From a virus (lineage: Duplodnaviria > Caudoviricetes), in IMG/VR virus record IMGVR_UViG_3300007965_000002, positions 1-64,000 of that record: DNA of 64,000 nucleotides; one strand, given 5' to 3'. A program made the position numbers and the translations under genes. This document shows positions 43,106 to 53,156 of this stretch, piece by piece. The notes beneath the pieces are model-generated. The model did no database searches, had not been told where the DNA came from, and worked only from the letters and a program-made list of their open reading frames with translations. How positions within the stretch are numbered: position 1 is the first letter of the stretch; each line of letters opens with the position of its first letter.

Positions 43106-44323
43106 TTGATGAGTTCTAATATTCAACTACTTCGTAATGCCAGACTTTGGGTAAGCACAGCGCCTACTCAAGCAGCTATTACTAAGTTAAACACAAAAGA
43201 AATTTTATTACAGGATGACTTATCATTCTCACAAGGTACATCTACAAGTGATGTTAGTTTGGATGAAGCTGGTTATGCCCCTGCGCGTGGTTCTGCTCGT
43301 TTTAACGAGGCTTTAGATCCAGTTGAGTGGAGCTTCTCTACTTATACTCGTGCATTCCAAGAACTAGATTTAAATGGCGATGGTACTGCTACTGACTCTG
43401 GTGTTTTAGCACTAGACTCAATCTTATGGCACTGTCTAGCAGGTTCTGGCCCTTATGATCCAGCTGACCCTACTAATAGTGTAGCGTCTAATGCAGCTAA
43501 CATGATAGTTAATTTTGAAGATAACCAAGTACATACTTTAACTACATTTACTATCTATATTATGATGGGTTCTGTATGGTATAAAATATCAAACTGTCAA
43601 GTAGGTCAAGCCGAAATTAGTTTTGATATATCTGCTATTACAATGGCTGCTTGGAGTGGTTCTGGTACTAAGTTAGAAACTTTACCTACTCAACCATTTG
43701 ACCCAGCAAGTACTGATTATAAGTTATCAGATGCTATCTTTAACTCGGCTACTTATATTAAAAATAAGTTAACAGTTATTAAGTGTAAAGATAATAAAGA
43801 TAGTGTAGAATATGTTATCCCTATTACTGGTGGTTCTATGACTATTAGCAATAATATTACATACTTAACACCATCTACTTTATCTCGTGTAGACCAAGCA
43901 ATTGGTTCGTTCACAGGTTCTTTTGAAGTTACTGGAAGCTTAACAGCTTATCTACGTAATGATACGGGCGCAGGAGATAAGTATACTGCGGAATTACTAG
44001 CTAAGATGCAGGGTGATACCTCTACTACTAATAGCTTCGAATTTGCTATCTGTTTAGGTGGTATCTCTTCTAAAGCTGTTATTGATAATACAAATACAGC
44101 TACTCAGTTGAAGAATCCTTTACTTATGGTTCTACTACCAACATGTCACCTATCAACACCTACTGTTGAGTCTGGTGATGTAATCGGTACTAGTATTGAA
44201 TTTAAAGCTATTCCATCATCATTTGGTACTTCTGATTCTATCTATATCGGTATTACTAATGATGCTAACGCAGGTTACGTTGCTAACTTCATTGCTAACC
44301 AGGATATGAATATACCTGTATAA
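43106..44323 (+). CDS. tail tube protein (pb6-like)
   Basis: IQLLRN, FSQ..S, RG..RFN..L.P.EWSFSTY, FTG...VTGSL. Confidence 0.9.
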   Translation: MMSSNIQLLRNARLWVSTAPTQAAITKLNTKEILLQDDLSFSQGTSTSDVSLDEAGYAPARGSARFNEALDPVEWSFSTYTRAFQELDLNGDGTATDSGVLALDSILWHCLAGSGPYDPADPTNSVASNAANMIVNFEDNQVHTLTTFTIYIMMGSVWYKISNCQVGQAEISFDISAITMAAWSGSGTKLETLPTQPFDPASTDYKLSDAIFNSATYIKNKLTVIKCKDNKDSVEYVIPITGGSMTISNNITYLTPSTLSRVDQAIGSFTGSFEVTGSLTAYLRNDTGAGDKYTAELLAKMQGDTSTTNSFEFAICLGGISSKAVIDNTNTATQLKNPLLMVLLPTCHLSTPTVESGDVIGTSIEFKAIPSSFGTSDSIYIGITNDANAGYVANFIANQDMNIPV

Positions 44324-44338
44324 CCTTTAGGAGGTTTA

Positions 44339-45223
44339 ATGAATTTTTCATTTAAACGCAACTCCGAACTATACGTGGTTAAAGATGGTATCGGCTACTT
44401 ACTAAACTCTGTAGCCGATTTTTCTCTAAACCAAACGGTTTCGGAGAAAACTATTAATAGAAAAAGTCAGTTTGCTAGTATAGCACCCAAGAGTATTATT
44501 AATAGGTCTAAGAACTTAGGTTCTGGCTCTATTGAGGTATACTTCAATAGGGAATGTTTAGCTATTCCAATACTACTAGAAACATTAGACTTTACTACTA
44601 ATAATAATGCTGAGTATACTTTTGATAATAATTATACGACTAGAGTACAAGGTATTGACATAGTACTATTTAATAGGGTATCTAATACATATCATAGAAT
44701 AATTGATGCAGTAGTAACAAACTTAGACTTTGGTCTATCTGCTAGTGGTATGAGTAGAATGGTATTTGGTATTGAGTTCTCTGATATACAGAAAACTAAT
44801 ATAGCAGTATTGCAACCAAGTCCTGAACCAGAAATAAGAAGTCCATCGTACATAGACTTTAAACTAGGTACACAGAATTTTCCAAGTGTTGTTAGTGCAG
44901 CATTTACAATTACTAGAAGTATTAATAGACTTAACAAAGGAGCTACTCAGTTTAACTTAGGCTCTCTTGCTACACCTACTAATCCAGTAGTAACGGGGTA
45001 CGATATTACTGCAATGGTAACATCTAATATGGGGTTTAATCCACTATTATCTAATAATGGTTTACCTTTTGATGAAGATGTTCACTTAGGTAATAAAGTA
45101 TTCTTTATAGATATACCAAACGCAAAGATTACATCGAGAGAAGAACCGTCTGAGGTTTTCAAGGTATTCTTTGATATTAAACATCAATCTCTTAATTCCA
45201 TTACCTTAGGAGGGTACAGCTAA
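44339..45223 (+). CDS. baseplate tube protein (p140-like)
   Basis: Position after the tube gene; tube-like sequence pattern. Confidence 0.75.
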   Translation: MNFSFKRNSELYVVKDGIGYLLNSVADFSLNQTVSEKTINRKSQFASIAPKSIINRSKNLGSGSIEVYFNRECLAIPILLETLDFTTNNNAEYTFDNNYTTRVQGIDIVLFNRVSNTYHRIIDAVVTNLDFGLSASGMSRMVFGIEFSDIQKTNIAVLQPSPEPEIRSPSYIDFKLGTQNFPSVVSAAFTITRSINRLNKGATQFNLGSLATPTNPVVTGYDITAMVTSNMGFNPLLSNNGLPFDEDVHLGNKVFFIDIPNAKITSREEPSEVFKVFFDIKHQSLNSITLGGYS

Positions 45224-45639
45224 TGTCAGCTATTTCAATTAAAAGTATTAAACTAAACACTAAAACAATCGATTTAAATTTCCCAGAGTATCCTACTTTT
45301 GTGGTTCAAATCGGTTACTTATCAACAGAACTAAGCCGTAAGATGTATAAAGAATCTTATGTAACTAAGTTAGACCCAGAATCTGGCGTACCATTTGAAG
45401 AAGTGGATAATAACGTATTCGCAGAGCAATTCTGTAGACACGCTATTAAAGGCTGGTCAGGTTTAACTTATGAGATTCTTAGTAATCTTATGCTTATTGA
45501 GATTCCAGACGATGTTGACCCATCAGTAGAAATTGATTACTCACCAGAGAATGCTCTGGCTCTATACTTAGAGAGCGTAGCGTTAAATCGCTGGGTAACC
45601 ACGTCGTGTAAATCTTTAACAAAATTTCGCACTAAGTAA
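45223..45639 (+). CDS. tail assembly chaperone
   Basis: IKGWSGLT motif; upstream of the tape measure gene. Confidence 0.8.
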   Translation: MSAISIKSIKLNTKTIDLNFPEYPTFVVQIGYLSTELSRKMYKESYVTKLDPESGVPFEEVDNNVFAEQFCRHAIKGWSGLTYEILSNLMLIEIPDDVDPSVEIDYSPENALALYLESVALNRWVTTSCKSLTKFRTK

Positions 45640-46018
45640 TATAGACAAAGTATATACCGAGTTTAAGAAGTATTTAGATAATACTTCTCTTGGTATTACT
45701 AAGGATAAATTCCTAGCTATGCGTACACAATGGATAGAGATAGGCCAACCGCCTCAGCCTATGTCAGACTGTCCAGCTGCTTTAGAGGACTTCCCTTCAC
45801 TAGTTTTAACTAGTTTAGATATATTCTCCAATCTACCGGATATTTATATCCCTAGAATGGAGGGAACTCCTTATTATCAGGGCAAAGATAAAAGTTGCCT
45901 AGACTTATTATTTAGGCTACACTTTATTGACTCCCCTGAAGAGCAACTTATTATTCTCAACTTATTAAATATACTAGAAGCTAGAGCTAAAAAGGATATG
46001 AACAGGGTTAAGAAGTAG
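45620..46018 (+). CDS. tail assembly chaperone C-terminal extension (frameshift product)
   Basis: The +1 frame is open from 45620, 99 nt before the ATG at 45719; candidate shift site AAA TTT CGC. Confidence 0.65.
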   Translation, partial: QNFALSNIDKVYTEFKKYLDNTSLGITKDKFLAMRTQWIEIGQPPQPMSDCPAALEDFPSLVLTSLDIFSNLPDIYIPRMEGTPYYQGKDKSCLDLLFRLHFIDSPEEQLIILNLLNILEARAKKDMNRVKK

Positions 46019-46096
46019 TTTTCCTCCAAAAGGCAATTAAGAGAGGGTTTAGCCTTGGTGATTATATTGCCAAGGCTTTTTTTATAAGGAAAAAAC

Positions 46097-49000
46097 ATGG
46101 CTAATAAATTAATCGAAGAGCTAATTATTAACGTTAAACAGAAAGGTCTAACTACTGTCACTAATAATGTTAAGAAGCTCCAAGATAATATGGTAAATGC
46201 TGCTGCTGGTGCTGAACTATTAGACAGTTCCCTTAAACCTATCCCAGAATCTTTAAAACAAATTCTAGCCGAGGCTAAACAAGTTGATCAGATAATAGGT
46301 AACTTAGGTATGGGGGCAGGTACTGATAGACTAGAAGCAGTTCTGCAAGAAATTGAAGATAGTATGCTAGAACTAGTGGGTTCATCTGTTAAAATGAATG
46401 AAACCTTAGAGCAAGGCTTTAAAAGTATGTCATCTAATAGTGCTAATGAAATTCATGATTTAATAGTACAGTTAGAGAGATTAGAAGATACTACTGAGAA
46501 CGTAGGTAGACGTAATACACTTCAAACTCAATTAAATGAAAAACTAGCTGCATCACAAGAACGAGTAAATAGAGGCCTAGGGCGTACTAATGCTCAAGGT
46601 AGGGGGCAGGCGAGAAACTTTGCTAATATAGCTAGAGTAGCTGGACCACTACCAGGTCTATATGCTGTTATAGCTGCTAACGTATTTACTTTATCTGAGG
46701 CTTTCCGTGTAATGACAGAGGGAGATCAGTTAAATAGGTTAGAAAAAGTTGGTACTATACTAGGGGCACAAGTTGGTGTTCCTATACAAAGTATTGCTCG
46801 TGATATGGAAGAAGCAACAGGTTATACTATTAGTTATGAGCAGGCACTAAGACAAGCTACATCTGCTGCCACATATGGGTTTGGTGCAGAACAAATTACT
46901 GATATGACCATAGCTGCTCGTAGAGCCTCAGTTGCTCTAGGTGTAGATATGACAGATGCGCTAAACCGTATTATACGTGGTGTGTCTAAGTTAGAGATTG
47001 AATTATTAGATGAATTAGGTATTACAGTTAGGTTGACAGAAGCCTATGATACGTATGCACGTAGTATCGGTAAGACAGCAGATTCTTTATCTGGTTATCA
47101 AAAACAACAGGCATACTTAAACGCTGTTCTTAAAGAATCTGAAGCAAGACAGTCTGCAGTAGACCCCCTTACCCAAGCTACTGGTTGGGAAAGATTAGGT
47201 GCTTCACTATCTGGAGCAACTACTAGAGGTAAACAGTGGATTTCAGGATTCCTAGAACCAGCGGCTGCAGCAGCTGCTAATATATTTAGTGAAGATAATC
47301 TTACTAAAGGTCAAAAAGTTATAGAAGCTAATCTTGAAACTCTTAAGAAGTCTATTGAGGCAGGGGATAAAGGTAGTGTATATAGTATGTTAACTGGAGA
47401 TGCTAAAGCGCAAGCACAGTATAAAAAGTTAAATGCTGATATGTTAAACCTACAATATCAAGCTGAACTTATGAGAGATACTTTAGCGGCAACACCAGAT
47501 AACTTAGGGAAGAATTTAATTTATAGACAGATTAGTGGTATAGAGTCAGCTATTGATGCAGTAACTGCTAAGATGAGAGTGTATAATGAGGCCCTTGAGT
47601 CAGGTAAGACGTATTTGAATAAGCACTCAGATGCACAAATAGAAGCAGGTAATGAGGCGTATAAAGAAGCTGCATCTATTGCTAAAAGTGCAGAAGAATA
47701 TACAAAGATTACTTCAGCAGTAAAGGGGGTAGCTAAACCTTATGAAGTACTACAAAATAATTTAACTAGTGTAAGTGAGGGGTTAGCTAACTTTATAGCT
47801 ATTGGTGGTACGGCTGAGGAGTTCTATAAGGAAATTAAAATCTCCAAGGAGACTATAGATGGTTATACTAACCTACAGGCTGCAATGGAGAAAGTAGCAG
47901 TTGCTACTGCCACACTTGGGGCATCACAAGCAGCTATTACTTGGTCTGATGCACAGAAAGGGGTTGCTACAGAAACTACTGCACTTAAGTTACAACAACA
48001 AAGTATTAATCTTCTAACTAAAGAGATAGCACTAGCTAAGCAAGCTTCTGCAACTAAATCAGAGGGTTCAATATTAGAACTAGAAGCTCAGCGTAATACT
48101 TTAATAAGTGAGCGTGGTTTCTTATTACAAGCAGAGGCTAGAGCACTATTAGATGCATCTCAGTCTACTAGAGAACTATCATTATTACAGGCTACATATA
48201 TTGATCAAGTAGCTAATGCTTCATCTGAGTATGTTAGACAGAAAGCTATAACAACTCAACAGTTGATATTCCAACAGGAACAACTAGATTTAGCAGTAGC
48301 ACAGAATAAACCACTAGCTGAGCGAGCTGCTCTTGAGATGCAGATACTACAAACTAAACAGAAGAGTACGGACTTAGATAAAGCTGAGTTAACTAACAAG
48401 TTTGGTAAAGAGACAGATGCATTAAATCAAGGTAACTCTACTGGTAATGCTGGGCCTATTAGTGACCTAACTAAGCAGGTACAGCTAGCAGAGCAACAAA
48501 CTGCTATTGCACAAGCTAAAGGAGCTGAGTTCCATGATCAATACTTAGAGCGTTTAAGTAATGAACTAGCATTAAAAGTCCAATTACAGCAGATGGAATT
48601 AAGTAGGGAGGCTACATTACAAAACCTATTTATGTCTAGAATAGGTATGCAGTCTACTATAGCTATGAATATGGAAGAAGAGTTGGCCTACCAAAACCAA
48701 ATTGGGGCATCAATATACGAATCATCTAGAGCTGTATTAGATGGTTTTGACCCAGCTATGGGATCTATGTTCGATGGCCTAGAGAAGTTTACTTACGCAT
48801 TGAAAAATATGGGTAATACTTCAGAGGGGGTTTGGAATGGTGTTAGCTCAGGTATCCAAGCTGCTGCTGGTGTTATGTCATTTATGTCAGACCAAGCTAT
48901 TCAGGATATTGATAAGCAAATAGAGGCAGAAAAGAAAAAGGATGGTAAATCTGCTGAGTCTAAGAAAAAGATAGCACAACTAGAAGCTAAGCGTAAAAAT

Positions 49001-49564
49001 GAAGAAATGAAAGCCAAAAGAATCAGTATTGTTTCAAGTACTGCTGCTGGTATCATGCAATCATTTGCTCAGTTAGGTCCATGGGGCGCAGTACCTGCTG
49101 CTATGATTGCAGCTATGGGTGCTATGCAGCTATCTTCACTTGATTCTGGAACCGTTGCTGACCCTTCAGGGGCTGGTAATATAGGTAAACTAGAGTTAGG
49201 TAGTAGAGATAACGTTGTTAACCTAGATAAAGGAGCTACAAGTGGAGAACTAAACTATGTTCGCGGTAATAGCGGTGTTGGTGGAATTCAAGACTTTGTA
49301 CCTAGAGCACGTGGTAATAACATGAGTCCTAACGTTTCTTATGCTACTGGTGAACATGGCATAGAGGTTGTATCTTCTGATAGTTCTAGAACTAGTGTTA
49401 CTTCTGCTGAGAATGTAGATGGAACTTCTTCAGGAAGAAAAGGTATAGGTATGGCACTTACTATTAATGCACTTGACTCTCAGTCTGTTATAGATAGAGC
49501 TGCTGAAATCTTTGCTGCTGTAGAGGCAGAAGCAAACTCTAGGGGTTATACTTTAGAGAGATAA
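46097..49564 (+). CDS. tape measure protein (pb2-like)
   Basis: 1155 aa, Ala-rich helical; LPGLYAVIAANVF; GE.G.EV near the C-terminus. Confidence 0.92.
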   Translation: MANKLIEELIINVKQKGLTTVTNNVKKLQDNMVNAAAGAELLDSSLKPIPESLKQILAEAKQVDQIIGNLGMGAGTDRLEAVLQEIEDSMLELVGSSVKMNETLEQGFKSMSSNSANEIHDLIVQLERLEDTTENVGRRNTLQTQLNEKLAASQERVNRGLGRTNAQGRGQARNFANIARVAGPLPGLYAVIAANVFTLSEAFRVMTEGDQLNRLEKVGTILGAQVGVPIQSIARDMEEATGYTISYEQALRQATSAATYGFGAEQITDMTIAARRASVALGVDMTDALNRIIRGVSKLEIELLDELGITVRLTEAYDTYARSIGKTADSLSGYQKQQAYLNAVLKESEARQSAVDPLTQATGWERLGASLSGATTRGKQWISGFLEPAAAAAANIFSEDNLTKGQKVIEANLETLKKSIEAGDKGSVYSMLTGDAKAQAQYKKLNADMLNLQYQAELMRDTLAATPDNLGKNLIYRQISGIESAIDAVTAKMRVYNEALESGKTYLNKHSDAQIEAGNEAYKEAASIAKSAEEYTKITSAVKGVAKPYEVLQNNLTSVSEGLANFIAIGGTAEEFYKEIKISKETIDGYTNLQAAMEKVAVATATLGASQAAITWSDAQKGVATETTALKLQQQSINLLTKEIALAKQASATKSEGSILELEAQRNTLISERGFLLQAEARALLDASQSTRELSLLQATYIDQVANASSEYVRQKAITTQQLIFQQEQLDLAVAQNKPLAERAALEMQILQTKQKSTDLDKAELTNKFGKETDALNQGNSTGNAGPISDLTKQVQLAEQQTAIAQAKGAEFHDQYLERLSNELALKVQLQQMELSREATLQNLFMSRIGMQSTIAMNMEEELAYQNQIGASIYESSRAVLDGFDPAMGSMFDGLEKFTYALKNMGNTSEGVWNGVSSGIQAAAGVMSFMSDQAIQDIDKQIEAEKKKDGKSAESKKKIAQLEAKRKNEEMKAKRISIVSSTAAGIMQSFAQLGPWGAVPAAMIAAMGAMQLSSLDSGTVADPSGAGNIGKLELGSRDNVVNLDKGATSGELNYVRGNSGVGGIQDFVPRARGNNMSPNVSYATGEHGIEVVSSDSSRTSVTSAENVDGTSSGRKGIGMALTINALDSQSVIDRAAEIFAAVEAEANSRGYTLER

Positions 49565-49578
49565 CTAGTAATCATAAT

Positions 49579-49605
49579 GGGACAGTCAATTGGCTGTCCC
49601 TTTTT
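49579..49605 (+). terminator. intrinsic terminator
   Basis: GGGACAGTC-AATT-GGCTGTCCC-T5. Confidence 0.75.
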
Positions 49606-49699
49606 ATTTTAATAAATTTAGATTAAAAACTTTACTTTACAAATCTTTTATAGTATGATATAACACATATAGTTTAATAAACATCATTGAGGAACTAAA

Positions 49700-50326
49700 A
49701 TGACAACTTTACGATTACCAGATCCACTTACTAACCCTAATGCACCTGGGTTCACAGATGTACGTCTGATTGATAATTACCCAATCTATAGGGATAGACT
49801 AGCCGGAGGTAGCGTAGTTACTTTAGCTAGCGGTGCACAATATTGGAGTATATCCCTAACTTACTCTGAGTTATTCCCTGAAGAGCAATACATTTTAAGT
49901 ACTTCCTTACTAAACTGCAAACATAAGGGTCAACCTTTAATGGTTTTACTACCACAGTATGAGAATTTCCATACAATAGGAGATCCTAGTAGTATCACAA
50001 TTGCAGCAGGACAACAAGGTAATAACCTTACTATGCAGAATTACAATCTAACTGGGGCACCAAAAGCTGGTGACCTATTTCAGTTAACTAACCATAGTAG
50101 CAAGGTATATAAGATAACTAATGTAGTATTAGTAGGTACTATACTAACACTAGAAGTTTATCCTAATTTACGAGTACCTACTACAGGTAATGAAAAGCCT
50201 GTATTTAATGGTATACTATTTCAAACAGTACTAGCTAAACCAGAAGCAGTAGAATCTACCTTTACTTCAGATAGACATTACTCTGGGTTTACTCTAGAAC
50301 TAGAGGAGCATGTAACAAATGGCTAA
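49700..50326 (+). CDS. distal tail protein (pb9-like)
   Basis: LRLPDP, PGF, QYWSI...Y, V.LPQY, P...G; synteny. Confidence 0.85.
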   Translation: MTTLRLPDPLTNPNAPGFTDVRLIDNYPIYRDRLAGGSVVTLASGAQYWSISLTYSELFPEEQYILSTSLLNCKHKGQPLMVLLPQYENFHTIGDPSSITIAAGQQGNNLTMQNYNLTGAPKAGDLFQLTNHSSKVYKITNVVLVGTILTLEVYPNLRVPTTGNEKPVFNGILFQTVLAKPEAVESTFTSDRHYSGFTLELEEHVTNG

Positions 50327-53156
50327 TATTAACTTATTAAAAGATAGGTTGCATACTCTACGTGCAGCCTTAATAAGACTAGAAGATCCTAATAGTACTG
50401 AGATAGCACCTATCTATAAGTACTATACTGACTTCGGTAGAGATTTAACATATAATGGTGTAGTATACCAATCTAACGTAGTTAAAGAAGTAAAAACTAT
50501 CAAGTTTACGAAACAACTAACTGCACATAAGACTAAAATATCCTTTACAGGGTTAGATCAAGAACAGCTTAGTTTAGCTATTGATTCTTCTTCTTCCTTT
50601 CTAAATAAGTCTTTACGTATATCTCATGTATTCTTTGACTCTGTAACTGAAGAACCTATTGGTGAAGAAGTTATCCTTATGGAGGGTATTATTACCGGAG
50701 CTTCTGTTGATGATAAACGTGGTTCTGGGGTAGGTAGTTCTACTATTGAATGGGAATGTGCTAACCACTTCCAAGATTTCCAACAAGTAACTGGTCGTAT
50801 TACAGATGATTACGCCCATAGAGGTATGGTAGTAGAGAATGGTGTATGGGTTCCCTCTGTAGCAACTAAGAAACCAGAGTATGCCTTTGATAAAGGATTC
50901 TTCCACGCGAATAAAAGTACAACATTCCTAGCGCAATACCAGACTGAAGAAACTAAGTATAAGCTTAATAAAAAGTCTAGCTGGTTTGGTTTGTCTAAAA
51001 GCTATTCTATGCAAGAGTATACTGAAGTAGTAACTAAAGAGGTTGATTTACGCTTTGATTTAAGTGCTAAATTTATCCCTGTTATATATGGTACTCAAAA
51101 AGTACAAGGTATACCTATCTTTGCTGATACAGATAGAAATGATCCATCTCAGGTGTGGATTGTATATGCATTCTGTGAGGGAGAGATTGAGGGGTTCTTA
51201 GACTTCTACTTAGATGATGCACCAATTATATGCTTTAGTGAGGCTGACTCAGGTGGTAGAGTATGTTTTGGTAGAAAAGAAGTAAATGGTGATACTATTA
51301 ATTTAGTAGCTGGCTCTCCAGGAGCTACTTCTCCAGTTAGTGTACATGGTCAAGAATATATTATTGACGATGGGCAAGGGGAAGTGTCTATACGAACTTT
51401 TCATGGTTTAGCTAATCAATTAGCTTCTTCTACTATGGTAACAAAAGCAACTAATGGGGAATTCTATCTTCAAGGATTAAATAACCAAGGCCCAGAGTAT
51501 TGGGACTCTAGCTTTAAACTACTAGATACAGCTTATGTTATTTGTAGATATAGTTTAAGTGACTTAGAGGGTGGTAGAACATCTATACCTAAGCTAGAAG
51601 CAGAACTACGTGGAAAGATTATTAGTACATACTCAGCAGGGTTTGAGCAGACTCAAACTACTACTAGTAATAACATGGCTTGGCAACTACTTGACTACAT
51701 TAAATCACCTGTATATGGGCTTACATTACCCATAAGTCAGTTTGATATACAGTCATTCGAAGATGTTGCTAATAAGTTTGAGCTTATTGATGATTCCTAT
51801 GAAGCATCTTGGGTTCCTTATTGGAGATATTTAGGTTGGACAGATTCTATTGATAGCCAACGTACAACTATGCAGACTAATATGGTTATTCAGACCGAAG
51901 ATACTGTATTTAAAAATATTCAATCTATGCTTAACCAAACCCAATGTTCTTTAAATAAGTTTGGTGGTAGATACTTCTTAAAGGTAGAAAGTGATGACCA
52001 TGCTGTAATATCTATTGACTTAGATGATAATAGTATAGATGATATTACTGTTAAGGATATGACTGGAACTAAGAAGTATAATACTGTTTCTGCATCTATA
52101 CTAGATCCTGCTAAAGGATGGGCTACTAATACTATTACATTCTATGATGGGGTATATAAGACTGAGGATAGAGGTGTTGAGAAGAAGTTAAATATATCTT
52201 TCCCATTTGTTACTAACTACTATACAGCTAGATCGATTGTAGATAGAGAGTTAAAGAAGTCTAGATTCTCTAGATCTATTAGCTTTACTTTACCATATTA
52301 CTACTTAGGCAGCCTATCTCCAAATGATAATATTAATATTACATATAAGAGATTCTCTTGGATTAATAAACGTTTCATTGTAGATTCCCTAGATATACTT
52401 AGTAATGGTAAGATACAAGTAACAGTTATGGAGTTTCCACCTGATGTATTTATTAACTCTGGACAGGCACAAGTAGGGGATAATGAGGGAGTAGTACATA
52501 CACCTGCTACACTCCCTGTTAGAGATTTAACCTATACACCTAATACTACAGAATCTATTGCTAATTTAAATGGTATAGTATCTTGGCTTCCTAGTTTAAG
52601 CACAGATATATCGCACTATACAGTATTCTATGATGGTGCTCCCCAGCTTATAATAGTAGCTAAACCTACTACAGGTACACAGACTACTAGAGTTGAGTAT
52701 CCAGTTGTTGACTTACCTATCGGTTCCTATACATTTACAGTTAAGGCCGTAAATCTAGCAGGTAAATTTAGTGCACCTACTAGTATTCAGGTTAATGTAA
52801 CACCAACTAAATATCTTCCAGATGTTACTAACTTTGTAGTAAATAATCTGGAACCTGGGCACACTAATAGGTTTATACAAAACTATGTTCATTTACAATG
52901 GGATAGTATCCAAAGTTCGCTTCCCTCTATAATATATAGGTTGCAAATTTTAGATATTAATGATACTATATTACGAGAAATAGAGATAGCAGATTCCGGC
53001 ACAGCAACAGGTACTTTTACCTATACCTTCACACAAAATATTGAAGACTATACCCGTACTATAGGGTCACTAGGAGCTAATAGACAGTTGAAGTTTAAAA
53101 TACGAGCTGAAAGTGGAGGTACTGCCGCATCATATAATTGGAGTACAATAAATTGA
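50319..53156 (+). CDS. baseplate hub / tail-associated protein (pb3-like)
   Basis: 945 aa; YYTDFGRDL, GRITDD..HRG, IPVIYG; C-terminal FnIII-like repeats. Confidence 0.88.
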   Translation: MANINLLKDRLHTLRAALIRLEDPNSTEIAPIYKYYTDFGRDLTYNGVVYQSNVVKEVKTIKFTKQLTAHKTKISFTGLDQEQLSLAIDSSSSFLNKSLRISHVFFDSVTEEPIGEEVILMEGIITGASVDDKRGSGVGSSTIEWECANHFQDFQQVTGRITDDYAHRGMVVENGVWVPSVATKKPEYAFDKGFFHANKSTTFLAQYQTEETKYKLNKKSSWFGLSKSYSMQEYTEVVTKEVDLRFDLSAKFIPVIYGTQKVQGIPIFADTDRNDPSQVWIVYAFCEGEIEGFLDFYLDDAPIICFSEADSGGRVCFGRKEVNGDTINLVAGSPGATSPVSVHGQEYIIDDGQGEVSIRTFHGLANQLASSTMVTKATNGEFYLQGLNNQGPEYWDSSFKLLDTAYVICRYSLSDLEGGRTSIPKLEAELRGKIISTYSAGFEQTQTTTSNNMAWQLLDYIKSPVYGLTLPISQFDIQSFEDVANKFELIDDSYEASWVPYWRYLGWTDSIDSQRTTMQTNMVIQTEDTVFKNIQSMLNQTQCSLNKFGGRYFLKVESDDHAVISIDLDDNSIDDITVKDMTGTKKYNTVSASILDPAKGWATNTITFYDGVYKTEDRGVEKKLNISFPFVTNYYTARSIVDRELKKSRFSRSISFTLPYYYLGSLSPNDNINITYKRFSWINKRFIVDSLDILSNGKIQVTVMEFPPDVFINSGQAQVGDNEGVVHTPATLPVRDLTYTPNTTESIANLNGIVSWLPSLSTDISHYTVFYDGAPQLIIVAKPTTGTQTTRVEYPVVDLPIGSYTFTVKAVNLAGKFSAPTSIQVNVTPTKYLPDVTNFVVNNLEPGHTNRFIQNYVHLQWDSIQSSLPSIIYRLQILDINDTILREIEIADSGTATGTFTYTFTQNIEDYTRTIGSLGANRQLKFKIRAESGGTAASYNWSTIN

